Source of the DNA: Bacillota bacterium
GTDB taxonomy: Bacteria > Bacillota > Clostridia > Acetivibrionales > DTU013
Direction of reading: 5' to 3'
DNA: 64,000 nucleotides
Assembly: GCA_023435925.1 (NCBI GenBank)
Contig: JAEZLF010000310.1
Span: forward strand, 999 to 64,998
Under the pieces are notes generated by a model. It ran no database searches. It saw nothing but the letters and a program-made list of their open reading frames with translations, and was not told the origin of the DNA. The position numbers were made by a program, and so were the translations under genes. The number at the start of each line of letters is the position of its first letter. Position 1 is the stretch's first letter. Shown one piece after another: positions 10,082 to 19,805 of this stretch.

Positions 10082-10855
10082 ATGGTATCACGCAAATCGG
10101 TTATAACGTTCGGTATGGTTGCAATTCCAATAGCGATGTACACAGCCACTCAGGATAATGATATCCATTTCAATCAGCTGCATGAGGAAGACAATAGCCG
10201 CATCCGGTACAAAAAAACCTGTGCCCATTGTGGTAAGGAGATTTCTTCAAACGATATTGTTAAAGGATACGAGTATGACAAGGACAAGTACGTCGTTATC
10301 ACGGAAGAAGAAATTGAAAAGATTAAGACGGAAAAGGAGAAATCCATTCAGATTCTGCACTTCGCCCAATTGAACCAAATCTCTCCCGTTTTCTATGACA
10401 AGACCTATCAGGCCGCACCCGAGGCAGGAGGTGAAAAAGCCTTCGAGCTTCTCCGATCGGCATTGATGGATGAGCAGAAGATTGCGATTGGCAAGGCCGT
10501 TATGGGAACAAAGGACACATTGATGGCGATTATCCCCAGAGAAGAGGGTATCCTTATTTCCACGATGTTCTATGCTGATGACATCAGGGAGCTTCAAAAA
10601 CAGTACGCAAAGCCTGAGGTATCCGAACAAGAGCTGAATTTGGCAAAGGTGCTGATCAACTCCATGGATACGCCTTTTGATCCTGAAAAATATAAGGATG
10701 AATATCAAGCCAAACTTCACAACCTTATTGAATCAAAAATTTCCGGGAAAGAAATTGTTTCTGCTGAAACGGAAAATGTCAATAAAGTTGTTGATCTCAT
10801 GGAGGCCTTGAAAGCAAGCGTTAGTAAAGCCAAAAAAGACAAGGAAACTGCGTGA
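10082..10855 (+). CDS. ku: Ku protein (non-homologous end joining)
   Basis: N-terminus SVITFGMVAIPIAMYTAT is typical of bacterial Ku. GGAGG RBS present; the gene is immediately followed by ligD. Confidence 0.9.
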   Translation: MVSRKSVITFGMVAIPIAMYTATQDNDIHFNQLHEEDNSRIRYKKTCAHCGKEISSNDIVKGYEYDKDKYVVITEEEIEKIKTEKEKSIQILHFAQLNQISPVFYDKTYQAAPEAGGEKAFELLRSALMDEQKIAIGKAVMGTKDTLMAIIPREEGILISTMFYADDIRELQKQYAKPEVSEQELNLAKVLINSMDTPFDPEKYKDEYQAKLHNLIESKISGKEIVSAETENVNKVVDLMEALKASVSKAKKDKETA

Positions 10856-10858
10856 TGT

Positions 10859-13300
10859 ATGACATTGAAATTAAATGAGTACCACCAGAAAAGAGATTTT
10901 GAAAAAACTTTTGAACCCGAAGGTAAAGCAGAAGCTTCCGAAGGTGGTCTGAGCTTTGTTATCCAGCATCATATGGCCCGCAGAGAGCACTATGATTTGC
11001 GTCTGGAATGGGATGGAGTACTATTGAGCTGGGCGGTACCCAAGGGGCCCTCCTTTGATACTCACGATAAGAGATTAGCCGTACAGGTGGAGGACCATCC
11101 ATTAGAATACAAGAACTTTGAGGGTACTATTCCAAAGGGTGAGTATGGCGGAGGCATCGTCATGCTATGGGACGAAGGCTACTGGGAGCCTCACGGAGAT
11201 GTTGAAGAAGGACTTCGTAAAGGCGCTTTAAAGTTTATTCTGAGAGGAATACGACTTAAGGGAAAATGGGCTTTGATCCGTTTGAAAGCAAAATCAGGCG
11301 AGGAAAAGATTAATTGGATTTTACTAAAAGAAAAAGATGAGTATGTCAAAACCACCGATGGAATATCAGAATTTACGACCAGTATCCGAACCGGGCGCAC
11401 AATGATGGAAATCGAAGAAGGAGAAGATGAAAAAATAACAAGGAATCCATTTAGCACTGCCGAGGTTCAGCTCGCTAAACTAGTCAAAACAGTTCCTGAA
11501 GGTGAGGATTGGCTCTATGAGTTGAAATACGATGGCTACAGGATTATGGCATTTGTGGAAGGTAACAGTGCCCGGTTATTAACGAGAAACAATCATGATT
11601 ATACAAAACGTTTTCATGCTATTACTCCAATTCTTATTTCCTGGGCTGCGGGAAGGGCAATGGTTCTGGATGGAGAAATGGTAGTTACAGATGAGTCGGG
11701 CAAGTCCGATTTTAATGCTCTTCAGAACTATATGAAAAATCCCGGGGTAAAAAGCCTAACCTATATTGTCTTTGATCTCCTTGCACTGAACGGGGTGGAC
11801 ATCCGCGGATCCCGTTTGGTTGACCGAAAGGAAATGCTTGAAGACCTGATGAAGGATGCACCCGGAAATCTCCATTACAGCCGCCATATTATAGGAAACG
11901 GAAAGGATAGTTTTGACGTAAGCTGTGAGGCAAATATGGAGGGCATCGTAGGCAAAAAATTGGATTCCATATACAGCGGCACAAGGAATGGTGACTGGAT
12001 CAAATTGAAATGTGATAAGAGGCAGGAATTTGTCATTGGAGGATATTCCATTTCCGATAGAAAAACAAATGGGATCAGCTCACTTCTGCTTGGCTTGTAT
12101 GAGGGTGGGAAATTCGTGTATGCCGGTCGTGTCGGTTCCGGTATCAGTGAGTCGGATGAAAAGGATCTTGTAAAAAAATTCGAGATATTAAAAAGAATAG
12201 ATCCGCCTTTCGAATCCGAACCTAAATCGAAATCAAATGAAAAACTAATCTGGCTTGAACCCGAATTAGTTGCTGAAATCAGATTTGCTGAATGGACAAA
12301 AGAGCATCTGTTGAGACAGGCAAGCTTTAAAGGGATACGGACAGATAAATATCCCAGGGAAATCATTATGGAAAAAGCTGAAGAAGAGACAGAGCCTCCA
12401 TCATCCATTCAGAAAGTGGAAAAAACAATGAAAGCAGATGAAAACGGAATCATGATAGAAGGAGTAAAGATTACAAATCCGCAAAAGATCCTGTTTGATG
12501 ATCCCGAAATCACAAAAGAAGATGTGATCCGGTATTATGCAGGGATCTCTGAACGCATGCTGCCGTATGTAAGTCATAGAATCCTGAGCATTGTGCGTTG
12601 TCCCAAGGGAATATCACAAACATGTTTCTTTAAGAAACATCCTAACTCAAGTAATAAAGGAGTTAAAACAATACCCATTACTACCGGTGATGGAGAAACG
12701 GACGAGTACTTCTATATTGAGGACGCATCAGGACTGATATCGGAAGTGCAGATGGGAACACTGGAATTTCATACTTGGGGAAGCCGTGTGGAAGAGCTGG
12801 AGAAACCGGATATGATGGTATTTGACCTGGATCCGGACGAGGGAATGGATTTAAGCAGGATCCGTCAGGGGGTGCGAGATATCAAAAGCATTCTTGCTGA
12901 ATTGTCACTGAACTCCTACCTAAAGACCAGCGGCGGCAAGGGATTTCATGTGGTCGTTCCGCTAAAGCCGGTCGCGGACTGGAATACCGTTCACGATTTT
13001 TCAAGACGTGTTGTAGAAGTGATGGAGCAAAAGTGGCCTGATCAGTATACAAGTAATGTCAGAAAGACTAATCGAAAAGGAAAAATATTCATTGACTGGA
13101 TTCGGAATGGCAGAGGCGCAACAAGTGTAGCCCCTTATTCACTTAGAGCGAGAAAAGGAGCCAAGGTATCCATGCCGATTTCCTGGGATGAGCTAGACAC
13201 GGTTTCCCCAGATGGCATCAGCCTGTCAGAAGCACTCTCGAGGGCTATTGGCAATGATCCCTGGAAAGATTTTTTTCAGAATAATCAGATGCTTAAATAA
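10859..13300 (+). CDS. ligD: multidomain ATP-dependent DNA ligase LigD (phosphoesterase, ligase, polymerase/primase domains)
   Basis: The phosphoesterase domain has HHMARREHYDLRLE. The ligase adenylation motif is YELKYDGYR. The C-terminal polymerase domain contains FDLDP...GGKGFHV. Confidence 0.9.
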   Translation: MTLKLNEYHQKRDFEKTFEPEGKAEASEGGLSFVIQHHMARREHYDLRLEWDGVLLSWAVPKGPSFDTHDKRLAVQVEDHPLEYKNFEGTIPKGEYGGGIVMLWDEGYWEPHGDVEEGLRKGALKFILRGIRLKGKWALIRLKAKSGEEKINWILLKEKDEYVKTTDGISEFTTSIRTGRTMMEIEEGEDEKITRNPFSTAEVQLAKLVKTVPEGEDWLYELKYDGYRIMAFVEGNSARLLTRNNHDYTKRFHAITPILISWAAGRAMVLDGEMVVTDESGKSDFNALQNYMKNPGVKSLTYIVFDLLALNGVDIRGSRLVDRKEMLEDLMKDAPGNLHYSRHIIGNGKDSFDVSCEANMEGIVGKKLDSIYSGTRNGDWIKLKCDKRQEFVIGGYSISDRKTNGISSLLLGLYEGGKFVYAGRVGSGISESDEKDLVKKFEILKRIDPPFESEPKSKSNEKLIWLEPELVAEIRFAEWTKEHLLRQASFKGIRTDKYPREIIMEKAEEETEPPSSIQKVEKTMKADENGIMIEGVKITNPQKILFDDPEITKEDVIRYYAGISERMLPYVSHRILSIVRCPKGISQTCFFKKHPNSSNKGVKTIPITTGDGETDEYFYIEDASGLISEVQMGTLEFHTWGSRVEELEKPDMMVFDLDPDEGMDLSRIRQGVRDIKSILAELSLNSYLKTSGGKGFHVVVPLKPVADWNTVHDFSRRVVEVMEQKWPDQYTSNVRKTNRKGKIFIDWIRNGRGATSVAPYSLRARKGAKVSMPISWDELDTVSPDGISLSEALSRAIGNDPWKDFFQNNQMLK

Positions 13301-13371
13301 CAGTAAAATATCACAGCAACCTTTCAAATATTACATCCAGCCATTTTCGATATTGTAAACAGTGCCAAAAG

Positions 13372-13407
13372 AATAAATCGGTGTCATAAAATTGGCACCG
13401 ATTTATT
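13372..13407. terminator. bidirectional hairpin terminator between convergent ligD and nagB
   Basis: Perfect 12-bp stem AATAAATCGGTG / CACCGATTTATT with a 12-nt loop, A/T-rich on both flanks. Confidence 0.6.
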
Positions 13408-13486
13408 CTTGATAAATAGTGTAGCATATTCCTAAGTTATCTTTTCACGCTTACAAAACGATATACCGGATAAATTCAAAGCTCTG

Positions 13487-14230
13487 TTAGTCCGGCAAAA
13501 CGGTTATATACTGAGCAGACTGGCTGTCCAGGTATAAGTTCCAGTCGGGATGTGTCTTCATTATCGTGGCCGGTACCATGTTGTTCACCTGCTGCATCAG
13601 CGTATTTCTTACCGCATCAGCTTTCACCGCATGGGGCACCACACTGACGATGCATTTTGCCTTCAGGATCTGACTTACCGTCATGGATATGGCCTGACGC
13701 GGAACATCTCCAATGGTTGCAAACCAGCCTTCACCAACCTGCTGGTTTTTACATTTGTCATCAAGATTGACCACGATATAGCTTTCCTGTGTTTCAAAAT
13801 CAGCCGGAGGATCATTAAAGGCAATGTGACCGTTTTCACCGATTCCAATGGCCGCAACATCAATCGGTGCTTCGCAAAGGCGCTTTGTGATATAGGCTAT
13901 GTTTTGCGCAACATCCCCTTCACCGTTGACATAGATAGCCTCTTTGATGTTGACCTTGCTTGTAAAGCGCTCCTTCAGATATTTGCGGAAGGATGCGATG
14001 TGTGTTTCCGACAGTCCGACATATTCGTCCAAGTGAAACATGGTTACTTTGCTCCAATCCACATCCTGTGTGATCAGAGAGGAAATCATCTCGAACTGGG
14101 ACGCACCGGTGGACAGCAGCAACCGTGCATACCCCTGTGTCCCTATTGCACTTCTGAGTTTTTCAGCAATAAAATGTGCCGCATCAGCACCCATCTGTTC
14201 CACCGTTTTTAATATATGAATTCTCATCAT
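13487..14230 (-). CDS. nagB: glucosamine-6-phosphate deaminase
   Basis: 247 aa with family-typical LLSTGASQ, FHLDEYVGL and GIGENGHIAFNDPPA. Confidence 0.9.
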   Translation of the reverse strand: MMRIHILKTVEQMGADAAHFIAEKLRSAIGTQGYARLLLSTGASQFEMISSLITQDVDWSKVTMFHLDEYVGLSETHIASFRKYLKERFTSKVNIKEAIYVNGEGDVAQNIAYITKRLCEAPIDVAAIGIGENGHIAFNDPPADFETQESYIVVNLDDKCKNQQVGEGWFATIGDVPRQAISMTVSQILKAKCIVSVVPHAVKADAVRNTLMQQVNNMVPATIMKTHPDWNLYLDSQSAQYITVLPD

Positions 14231-14319
14231 CCATCATATCCTTTCATTTTTGTCTGTTTTAGTATTTGCCTTAGCAATCCGTTTTACAAAGGCTCTCACA
14301 TGTTTTTCCTGGATGGATA

Positions 14320-15504
14320 CTATAAGTTCACTCGTATTCCATCCACATATACCTGCAGGATTTCGACATTTTCGTCAAATACCAGCAGATCCGCGGCTTT
14401 TCCTGTACAGATGCTGCCGGTGATATGATCGATACGCAATAATTTTGCGGGATTTATTGTCATCATTTTCACTGCTTCATACATTTGTAAGCCCGCTTCC
14501 TGCACCATAACCCGTATCAGTCGGTCCGCCGTGGCAACGCTTCCTGCAAAGCTCTGCCGATCAGGTAATTTTGCTATGCCGTCTTCTACAATCACACGAA
14601 AATTATTCTGAAGGCTTCCCAGTACAGATGGTCCCTCAGGCATGCCAGCTGCACGCATACTGTCCGTTACCAATGAAATATGGTCATGAGCCTTGCATTT
14701 CAAGATCAGACGCAGCAAATCGGGAGGCAGATGAATGCCGTCCGCAATCAGCTCAATGAACAGATCGTCATATAGGTAACCGGCTTCTACAACCCCCAAA
14801 ACCCGATGACCATTCACCCTTTTCAACTGTGACATGCCAGAATAAAAATGAGTCAGATACCTGTACCCATGTTGCATTGCATGTTCCACCAAAGTCGAAT
14901 CAGCATCGGTGTGCGCAATGGAAGGCAGTATACCCTGTTCAGTTAATATATCGCCCAACTCCATGACACCAGGGACTTCAGGAGCGGACGACCATCGTAT
15001 GACGTTGCCGTGACTTCGCTCCAAAATGCGCTTATAGTGATCCGGAAAAGGCTGTTTCATACATTCGGGTTGTTGTGCTCCCGCCTGTGCGGGTGAAAAA
15101 TAAGGTCCCTCTAAATGGATACCCGCCAAATGAGGCATGTTTTGACGAATGTCTTTTGCTTTTTCGTAGCTGTCGAAGAATGGAAACAGTTCCTCATCTT
15201 TGCTGGCCACTGAGGTTGGACAAAGTGTAGTGGTACCGTGCCGCAAGTGCATACGCGAAGCTGTGACAACGGCTTCCACGGTTCCGTCCATAAAGTCACT
15301 ACCCCCGGCGCCATGGGTATGGGTATCGATAAACCCCGGGGACAGATAATTTCCGTTCAGTTCCACTACCTGGGATGCGTCCCTGTTGCCGGGTTCTCCC
15401 CTGCCCACTTCTGCAATGATACCGTTTGCTACCGCAACATAACCTCTTTCAATAACACCATCTGCAGTCAGTATTCTTCCATTCAAAAAAATAATATCGT
15501 ACAT
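14320..15504 (-). CDS. nagA: N-acetylglucosamine-6-phosphate deacetylase
   Basis: Amidohydrolase motifs GFIDTHTHGAGG and HLEGPY. The ATG at 15504 (MYDIIFLNGRI...) is preferred over the GTG at 15528, which lacks an RBS. Confidence 0.85.
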   Translation of the reverse strand: MYDIIFLNGRILTADGVIERGYVAVANGIIAEVGRGEPGNRDASQVVELNGNYLSPGFIDTHTHGAGGSDFMDGTVEAVVTASRMHLRHGTTTLCPTSVASKDEELFPFFDSYEKAKDIRQNMPHLAGIHLEGPYFSPAQAGAQQPECMKQPFPDHYKRILERSHGNVIRWSSAPEVPGVMELGDILTEQGILPSIAHTDADSTLVEHAMQHGYRYLTHFYSGMSQLKRVNGHRVLGVVEAGYLYDDLFIELIADGIHLPPDLLRLILKCKAHDHISLVTDSMRAAGMPEGPSVLGSLQNNFRVIVEDGIAKLPDRQSFAGSVATADRLIRVMVQEAGLQMYEAVKMMTINPAKLLRIDHITGSICTGKAADLLVFDENVEILQVYVDGIRVNL

Positions 15505-15606
15505 AAGCCCCCTATCTGGGACCTGCACAAGGAGATGATTCTCTGTTCAATTTCCAATGGGGGCAAGCCCCCATACCCCCCTCGCTGCGGGCAAAATAAA
15601 TTCGCC

Positions 15607-15738
15607 CTACGCTACACTTCGTGCGCCACGCCTAAACGTGGCGTTTGAACAACGTCAGTGGGGTTTGTAACCCGCCACTGACAGCTTTTTCAATCGGTAA
15701 CCCTCACCTTAGAGGAGGGGGACTGTGACGTTGTTCAA
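15607..15738 (+). repeat. Structured intergenic repeat element, copy 2 (between the ABC permease gene and nagA)
   Basis: Same conserved blocks and terminal inverted repeats as 9200-9353. It is preceded by additional GC hairpins (GGGGGCAAGCCCCC, CGCCACG..CGTGGCG). Confidence 0.7.
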
Positions 15739-15784
15739 ATCCTACACAGAAGACCTGCTACCTTGTGCGCCCGCTATATCTTCA

Positions 15785-17443
15785 TTATAAATCGATATCT
15801 TCTGCTTTAGTCAGCTTAAAGAAGAGAAGCAGCGATACGATCATCGTGACGGTCAATATCGTCGAAAGCGCTGCGGCTGCGCCATATCCTCCTCTGCTGA
15901 TTTCCTGAAAAATCGTAACAGTCATAGTTTGAGTCTTGCCGGTGTAAAGCATCAACGTGGAAGATAATTCGTTGATGATGGTTATCCAGGACAGAATTGC
16001 ACCTGATACAATACCAGGAACCATTACAGGCATCGTCACCCTGAAAAAGGTCTGGAATGAACCATAACCCAGACTTGCTGAAGCCTCTTCAATGCTTGGA
16101 CTGATCTGGCGAAGGATAGCCGCACTGGATCTCACCGTATAAGGCATCCTTCGGATAACAAAAGAAATAATGATAATCGCCGCAGTGCCGCTAAGCAACA
16201 AGGGTTTGCGGTTGAAGCTCATCAGCAGGATCAGACCGAAGATCGTTCCGGGTATAACATACGGGAACATGATAAATACATCCAGGATCTTGGAAAGAAA
16301 GTTCTTTCTACGTACCGTCAGATAGGCGAACAATGTCCCCATGATAACAATGATCACGATAGCAATAACTCCAAAGTTAACAGTATTTACAATCGAACTC
16401 ATGGACTTTTTGAAGACGTTGATATAGTTACCTATCCCGTACCCTTCGGCCCACATAACTCCTCTGGTGTTGCGGAAGGATACGATAATAATGTAAAGCT
16501 GCGGTAGTATGGCAAGCAGCACAACCAGATAGACATACCCATGGGCAAGAATATTTGAAATACCCTTGAGTTTTTTCGGCTTTGGGGGGTTGAGCATGCT
16601 CATGGTATAATTTTTTCTGCCGGAAATCCATTTTTGTACTAAAAATACAACCGTGGCGATCAGGATCATGATCATTGCCACCGCGGAGGCAAAATAAGCA
16701 TTATTCCCGGTTTCACTAACCCATTCCTGATAAATAATAACCGGGAGCGTTGCATACCCTTCACCGATCAACCTTGGCGTACCATAATCGGCAAATGCAC
16801 GAAGAAAAACGATTGTACCACCAGCCAGTATGGTGGGCAGTACCAGTGGCAAGCTTACATTCAATACCTTGCGTACACCATGATATCCCAGGCTCTCGGC
16901 GGCTTCACCCAGAGATGCATCGACCTTTTTCAGCGCACCCTTCGTATACATATAGATATATGGATACAATTTCAGCACGAACACAAGCAAAATTCCACCC
17001 GGTCCGTATATGCTCGGCATTTTTAAGCCTAATAGATTTTCCAAAAATTTAGTCACTACACCGTTTCTGCCCAACATCAGAATCCAGGAGTAAGCGCCAA
17101 GGAACGGTGGTGAAAGCATGGAAATGATGATAAAGATATCTACCAATCTCTTTCCACGGATTTGGAACGTAGTATTTATATAGGCAAGAGGCACTCCGAT
17201 GATGATAACCAGGATTGTCGAACAAAGCACAATCCAGACGCTGTTTTTCAATGCGGAGGTATAATAGGCGCGGCTAAAGAATTTTATGAAATTGTCAAAT
17301 GAAAATCCCGCTCCATCAATATTCTGGAAAGAATAAACCATCATGCGTCCAACCGGGATGATTAGAAACAGTCCGAAAACAACCAGGGAGACCAGTCCCA
17401 CAAAACTCCAGAAATCAAAGCGTGTGCCCTTCTTAAAGAACAT
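15785..17443 (-). CDS. ABC transporter permease (duplicated BPD-type transmembrane domain, iron(III)/polyamine-type architecture)
   Basis: 552 aa, about 12 TM segments, two EAA-like loops (GEAAESLGYHG, EEASASLGYGS). Confidence 0.8.
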   Translation of the reverse strand: MFFKKGTRFDFWSFVGLVSLVVFGLFLIIPVGRMMVYSFQNIDGAGFSFDNFIKFFSRAYYTSALKNSVWIVLCSTILVIIIGVPLAYINTTFQIRGKRLVDIFIIISMLSPPFLGAYSWILMLGRNGVVTKFLENLLGLKMPSIYGPGGILLVFVLKLYPYIYMYTKGALKKVDASLGEAAESLGYHGVRKVLNVSLPLVLPTILAGGTIVFLRAFADYGTPRLIGEGYATLPVIIYQEWVSETGNNAYFASAVAMIMILIATVVFLVQKWISGRKNYTMSMLNPPKPKKLKGISNILAHGYVYLVVLLAILPQLYIIIVSFRNTRGVMWAEGYGIGNYINVFKKSMSSIVNTVNFGVIAIVIIVIMGTLFAYLTVRRKNFLSKILDVFIMFPYVIPGTIFGLILLMSFNRKPLLLSGTAAIIIISFVIRRMPYTVRSSAAILRQISPSIEEASASLGYGSFQTFFRVTMPVMVPGIVSGAILSWITIINELSSTLMLYTGKTQTMTVTIFQEISRGGYGAAAALSTILTVTMIVSLLLFFKLTKAEDIDL

Positions 17444-18542
17444 TACTCTCTACCCCCTCTATCAGGGTTGTTTTCGCATCTTTTGCAAAAAGATTAATGC
17501 GCTTGACATTCACTGTCAGGTAAACAGTTTCGCCCGGTTCATAAATCTTTTCGGCACTGCTGGTGTCGGCAGTGACCTCTATCGGTTCACCAACTCCCAA
17601 GTCAATGAAGTAATTAATGTATTTGCCCAAGAACCGCTTGATAGTGACCTTTCCCTTCATGCCGCTGTCTTTCGAAGTAAATATGAACTCTTCCGGACGA
17701 ACGTATACCAGGATTTCCTTGTCACTCTGAAGTGGTTTGACATTGTCCACCTCTATGGTCAGACCGGGCTGCAGCCGAATGACAGCAGTTGAGCCTTTCC
17801 GGCCGGTTACGTTTCCGATGATATGGTTGGAGTGACCAATAAAGTCAGCGACAAATGTATTATATGGGCGCGAGTAAATGTTTTCAGGTATTTCAATCTG
17901 CTGAATATCACCGCGGTTCATCACCGCAATGCGATCGGATATAGCCAATGCCTCCTCTTGGTCATGGGTAACATAAACGGTAGTAATGCCTATCTGCTTC
18001 TGTATTTCACGGATCGCATCACGCATTTCCAGGCGCAGTTTTGCATCCAGGTTCGATAATGGCTCATCCATTAATAATACCTGTGGACGAACCACAATGG
18101 CACGCGCTAGCGCAACACGCTGCTGTTGCCCGCCGGAAAGCTTGTCTGGATAGCGATCACGGTACGCAGAAATCTGTACAACATCCATGATCTCTTCAAC
18201 ACGCTTTTTAATTTCGGCTTTATCCAGCTTTTTGTTCTTCAGACCATATTCAATGTTCCTGTATACCGTCATGTTCGGGAATATGGCATAATTCTGAAAT
18301 ACCATACCGAAATTGCGCTTATGCACCGGAATGTTGTTGATGACCTTATCGTCAAACGCAATCGTACCATGCTCTACAGAGTTGAAGCCTGCAATCATCC
18401 TCAGTAGTGTTGTCTTGCCGCAGCCTGAGGGTCCGAGCAGCGTAAACAGCTCACCGTTTTTTATATCCGCGGAAAGATCCGAAATGACTACAGTGTCATC
18501 ATACTTCTTCATGATGTTTTTAATATGAATCGATACTGCCAT
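17433..18542 (-). CDS. ABC transporter ATP-binding protein (PotA/FbpC-like, with C-terminal TOBE-like domain)
   Basis: Walker A GPSGCGKTT, signature LSGGQQQRVALARA, Walker B LLMDEPLS. Confidence 0.9.
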   Translation of the reverse strand: MAVSIHIKNIMKKYDDTVVISDLSADIKNGELFTLLGPSGCGKTTLLRMIAGFNSVEHGTIAFDDKVINNIPVHKRNFGMVFQNYAIFPNMTVYRNIEYGLKNKKLDKAEIKKRVEEIMDVVQISAYRDRYPDKLSGGQQQRVALARAIVVRPQVLLMDEPLSNLDAKLRLEMRDAIREIQKQIGITTVYVTHDQEEALAISDRIAVMNRGDIQQIEIPENIYSRPYNTFVADFIGHSNHIIGNVTGRKGSTAVIRLQPGLTIEVDNVKPLQSDKEILVYVRPEEFIFTSKDSGMKGKVTIKRFLGKYINYFIDLGVGEPIEVTADTSSAEKIYEPGETVYLTVNVKRINLFAKDAKTTLIEGVESNVL

Positions 18543-18560
18543 ATTCCTTCCCCCATTTAG

Positions 18561-18604
18561 ACCGGCACAGTTCCCGCATTATCACGTTCGGGCACTGTGC
18601 CGGT
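18561..18604 (-). promoter_or_regulatory. intercistronic stem-loop between the binding-protein and ATPase genes
   Basis: ACCGGCACAG ... CTGTGCCGGT 10-bp stem with an inner CCCG/CGGG extension and no U-tract. It looks like an mRNA-stabilising or attenuating hairpin. Confidence 0.4.
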
Positions 18605-18620
18605 TTAGTTATGTTATTTT

Positions 18621-19715
18621 TTATTGAATTCGAGTCCACATATCCTGGAATCCAGTTTTAATATCGGATGATTTTATATCCTTGGGATATGCAAGAGATA
18701 CAAGTTCAGAGGTCGCTACACGGCCTTCGGTAGTCATTGCAACATCGGAGCGAGCCGGGCGTACATTCAAATCTGATTCCATGGCTGTCTGGCATTCGCT
18801 GGATGTAACAAAGTCTACAAACAAGCGGGCGTTATTAGCATTCTTGCCACCCTTGATCACTGCGAGATTGGAGGTTCTCAGGGTAATACCCTCTTTAGCG
18901 TAAGCCACTGTAACATCAGCGCCTTCCTTCATATAGGAAATGGCTTTGTCTTCATTGGTCAGACCCACCGCATATTCACCTTCAACCACACTGAGGTATG
19001 CCGCAGAAGAGCTTGAAGCCAGTTTGCCATCCAGATTCTTCAGGAATTTTTCAGCAAAGTCCCATCCGTCATTCGGATTACCGGTAGCAGACATAGCAGT
19101 CATCATGTTGATGAGAGTTTCAAGTGCAGAAGAAGAATCAGCCGGGCTTGCAAAAGAAATTTTGCCCTTTAGTCTTTCATCGGTCAACGATTCCCATCCA
19201 TCTATTGTTACACCCAGTTCCTTGATGAGAGTCTTGTTGACAATAATACTGTTGACGTTAACATAAGCAGGGGTATAAAGCCCATTTTCGGATACAAATT
19301 CCGGAAACAGTTTAGATGTGTTCTCAGAAACGTAAGGCTCAAGCATATCAGCTATACCAATATACGAAGTAGCACCGCCGCCCATCAGCACGTCACCGTA
19401 CGGGTTTTCTTTTTCTGCGGTTATACGGCTTGCCAGCTCACCTGTTCCTGCGCTGACTATTTCTACATTGATGTCCGGATACTTTTGGTTGAACAGTCCG
19501 ACGATAAGCTCATACTCTGATGCTCCGGCAGATGTATACAGAACAAGGCTCTTGGTTGAAGCTGGTTCCTGTTGCGTCTCGGCGGGCGTCTGAGGATTTG
19601 CGGTCGTTTGAGAATCGGCGGTCGTCTGATTCTCAGGCGGCGAATTCTGTTGCTGGCAAGCCACAAGGCTTATGGCCAGGATTGCGACGAGTAGAATACT
19701 GAGTAACTTTTTCAT
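18621..19715 (-). CDS. ABC transporter substrate-binding lipoprotein (family 1 solute-binding protein)
   Basis: Lipoprotein signal peptide with lipobox LVAC, a low-complexity linker, then an SBP fold. Confidence 0.8.
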   Translation of the reverse strand: MKKLLSILLVAILAISLVACQQQNSPPENQTTADSQTTANPQTPAETQQEPASTKSLVLYTSAGASEYELIVGLFNQKYPDINVEIVSAGTGELASRITAEKENPYGDVLMGGGATSYIGIADMLEPYVSENTSKLFPEFVSENGLYTPAYVNVNSIIVNKTLIKELGVTIDGWESLTDERLKGKISFASPADSSSALETLINMMTAMSATGNPNDGWDFAEKFLKNLDGKLASSSSAAYLSVVEGEYAVGLTNEDKAISYMKEGADVTVAYAKEGITLRTSNLAVIKGGKNANNARLFVDFVTSSECQTAMESDLNVRPARSDVAMTTEGRVATSELVSLAYPKDIKSSDIKTGFQDMWTRIQ

Positions 19716-19805
19716 AATCTTTCCTCCTAATTTTTCTACTGAATGATATTCAGCAATTTATGCAAACGTGCTGTGGCATCGTTGCAGACGTTAGTAAACA
19801 CCTCT

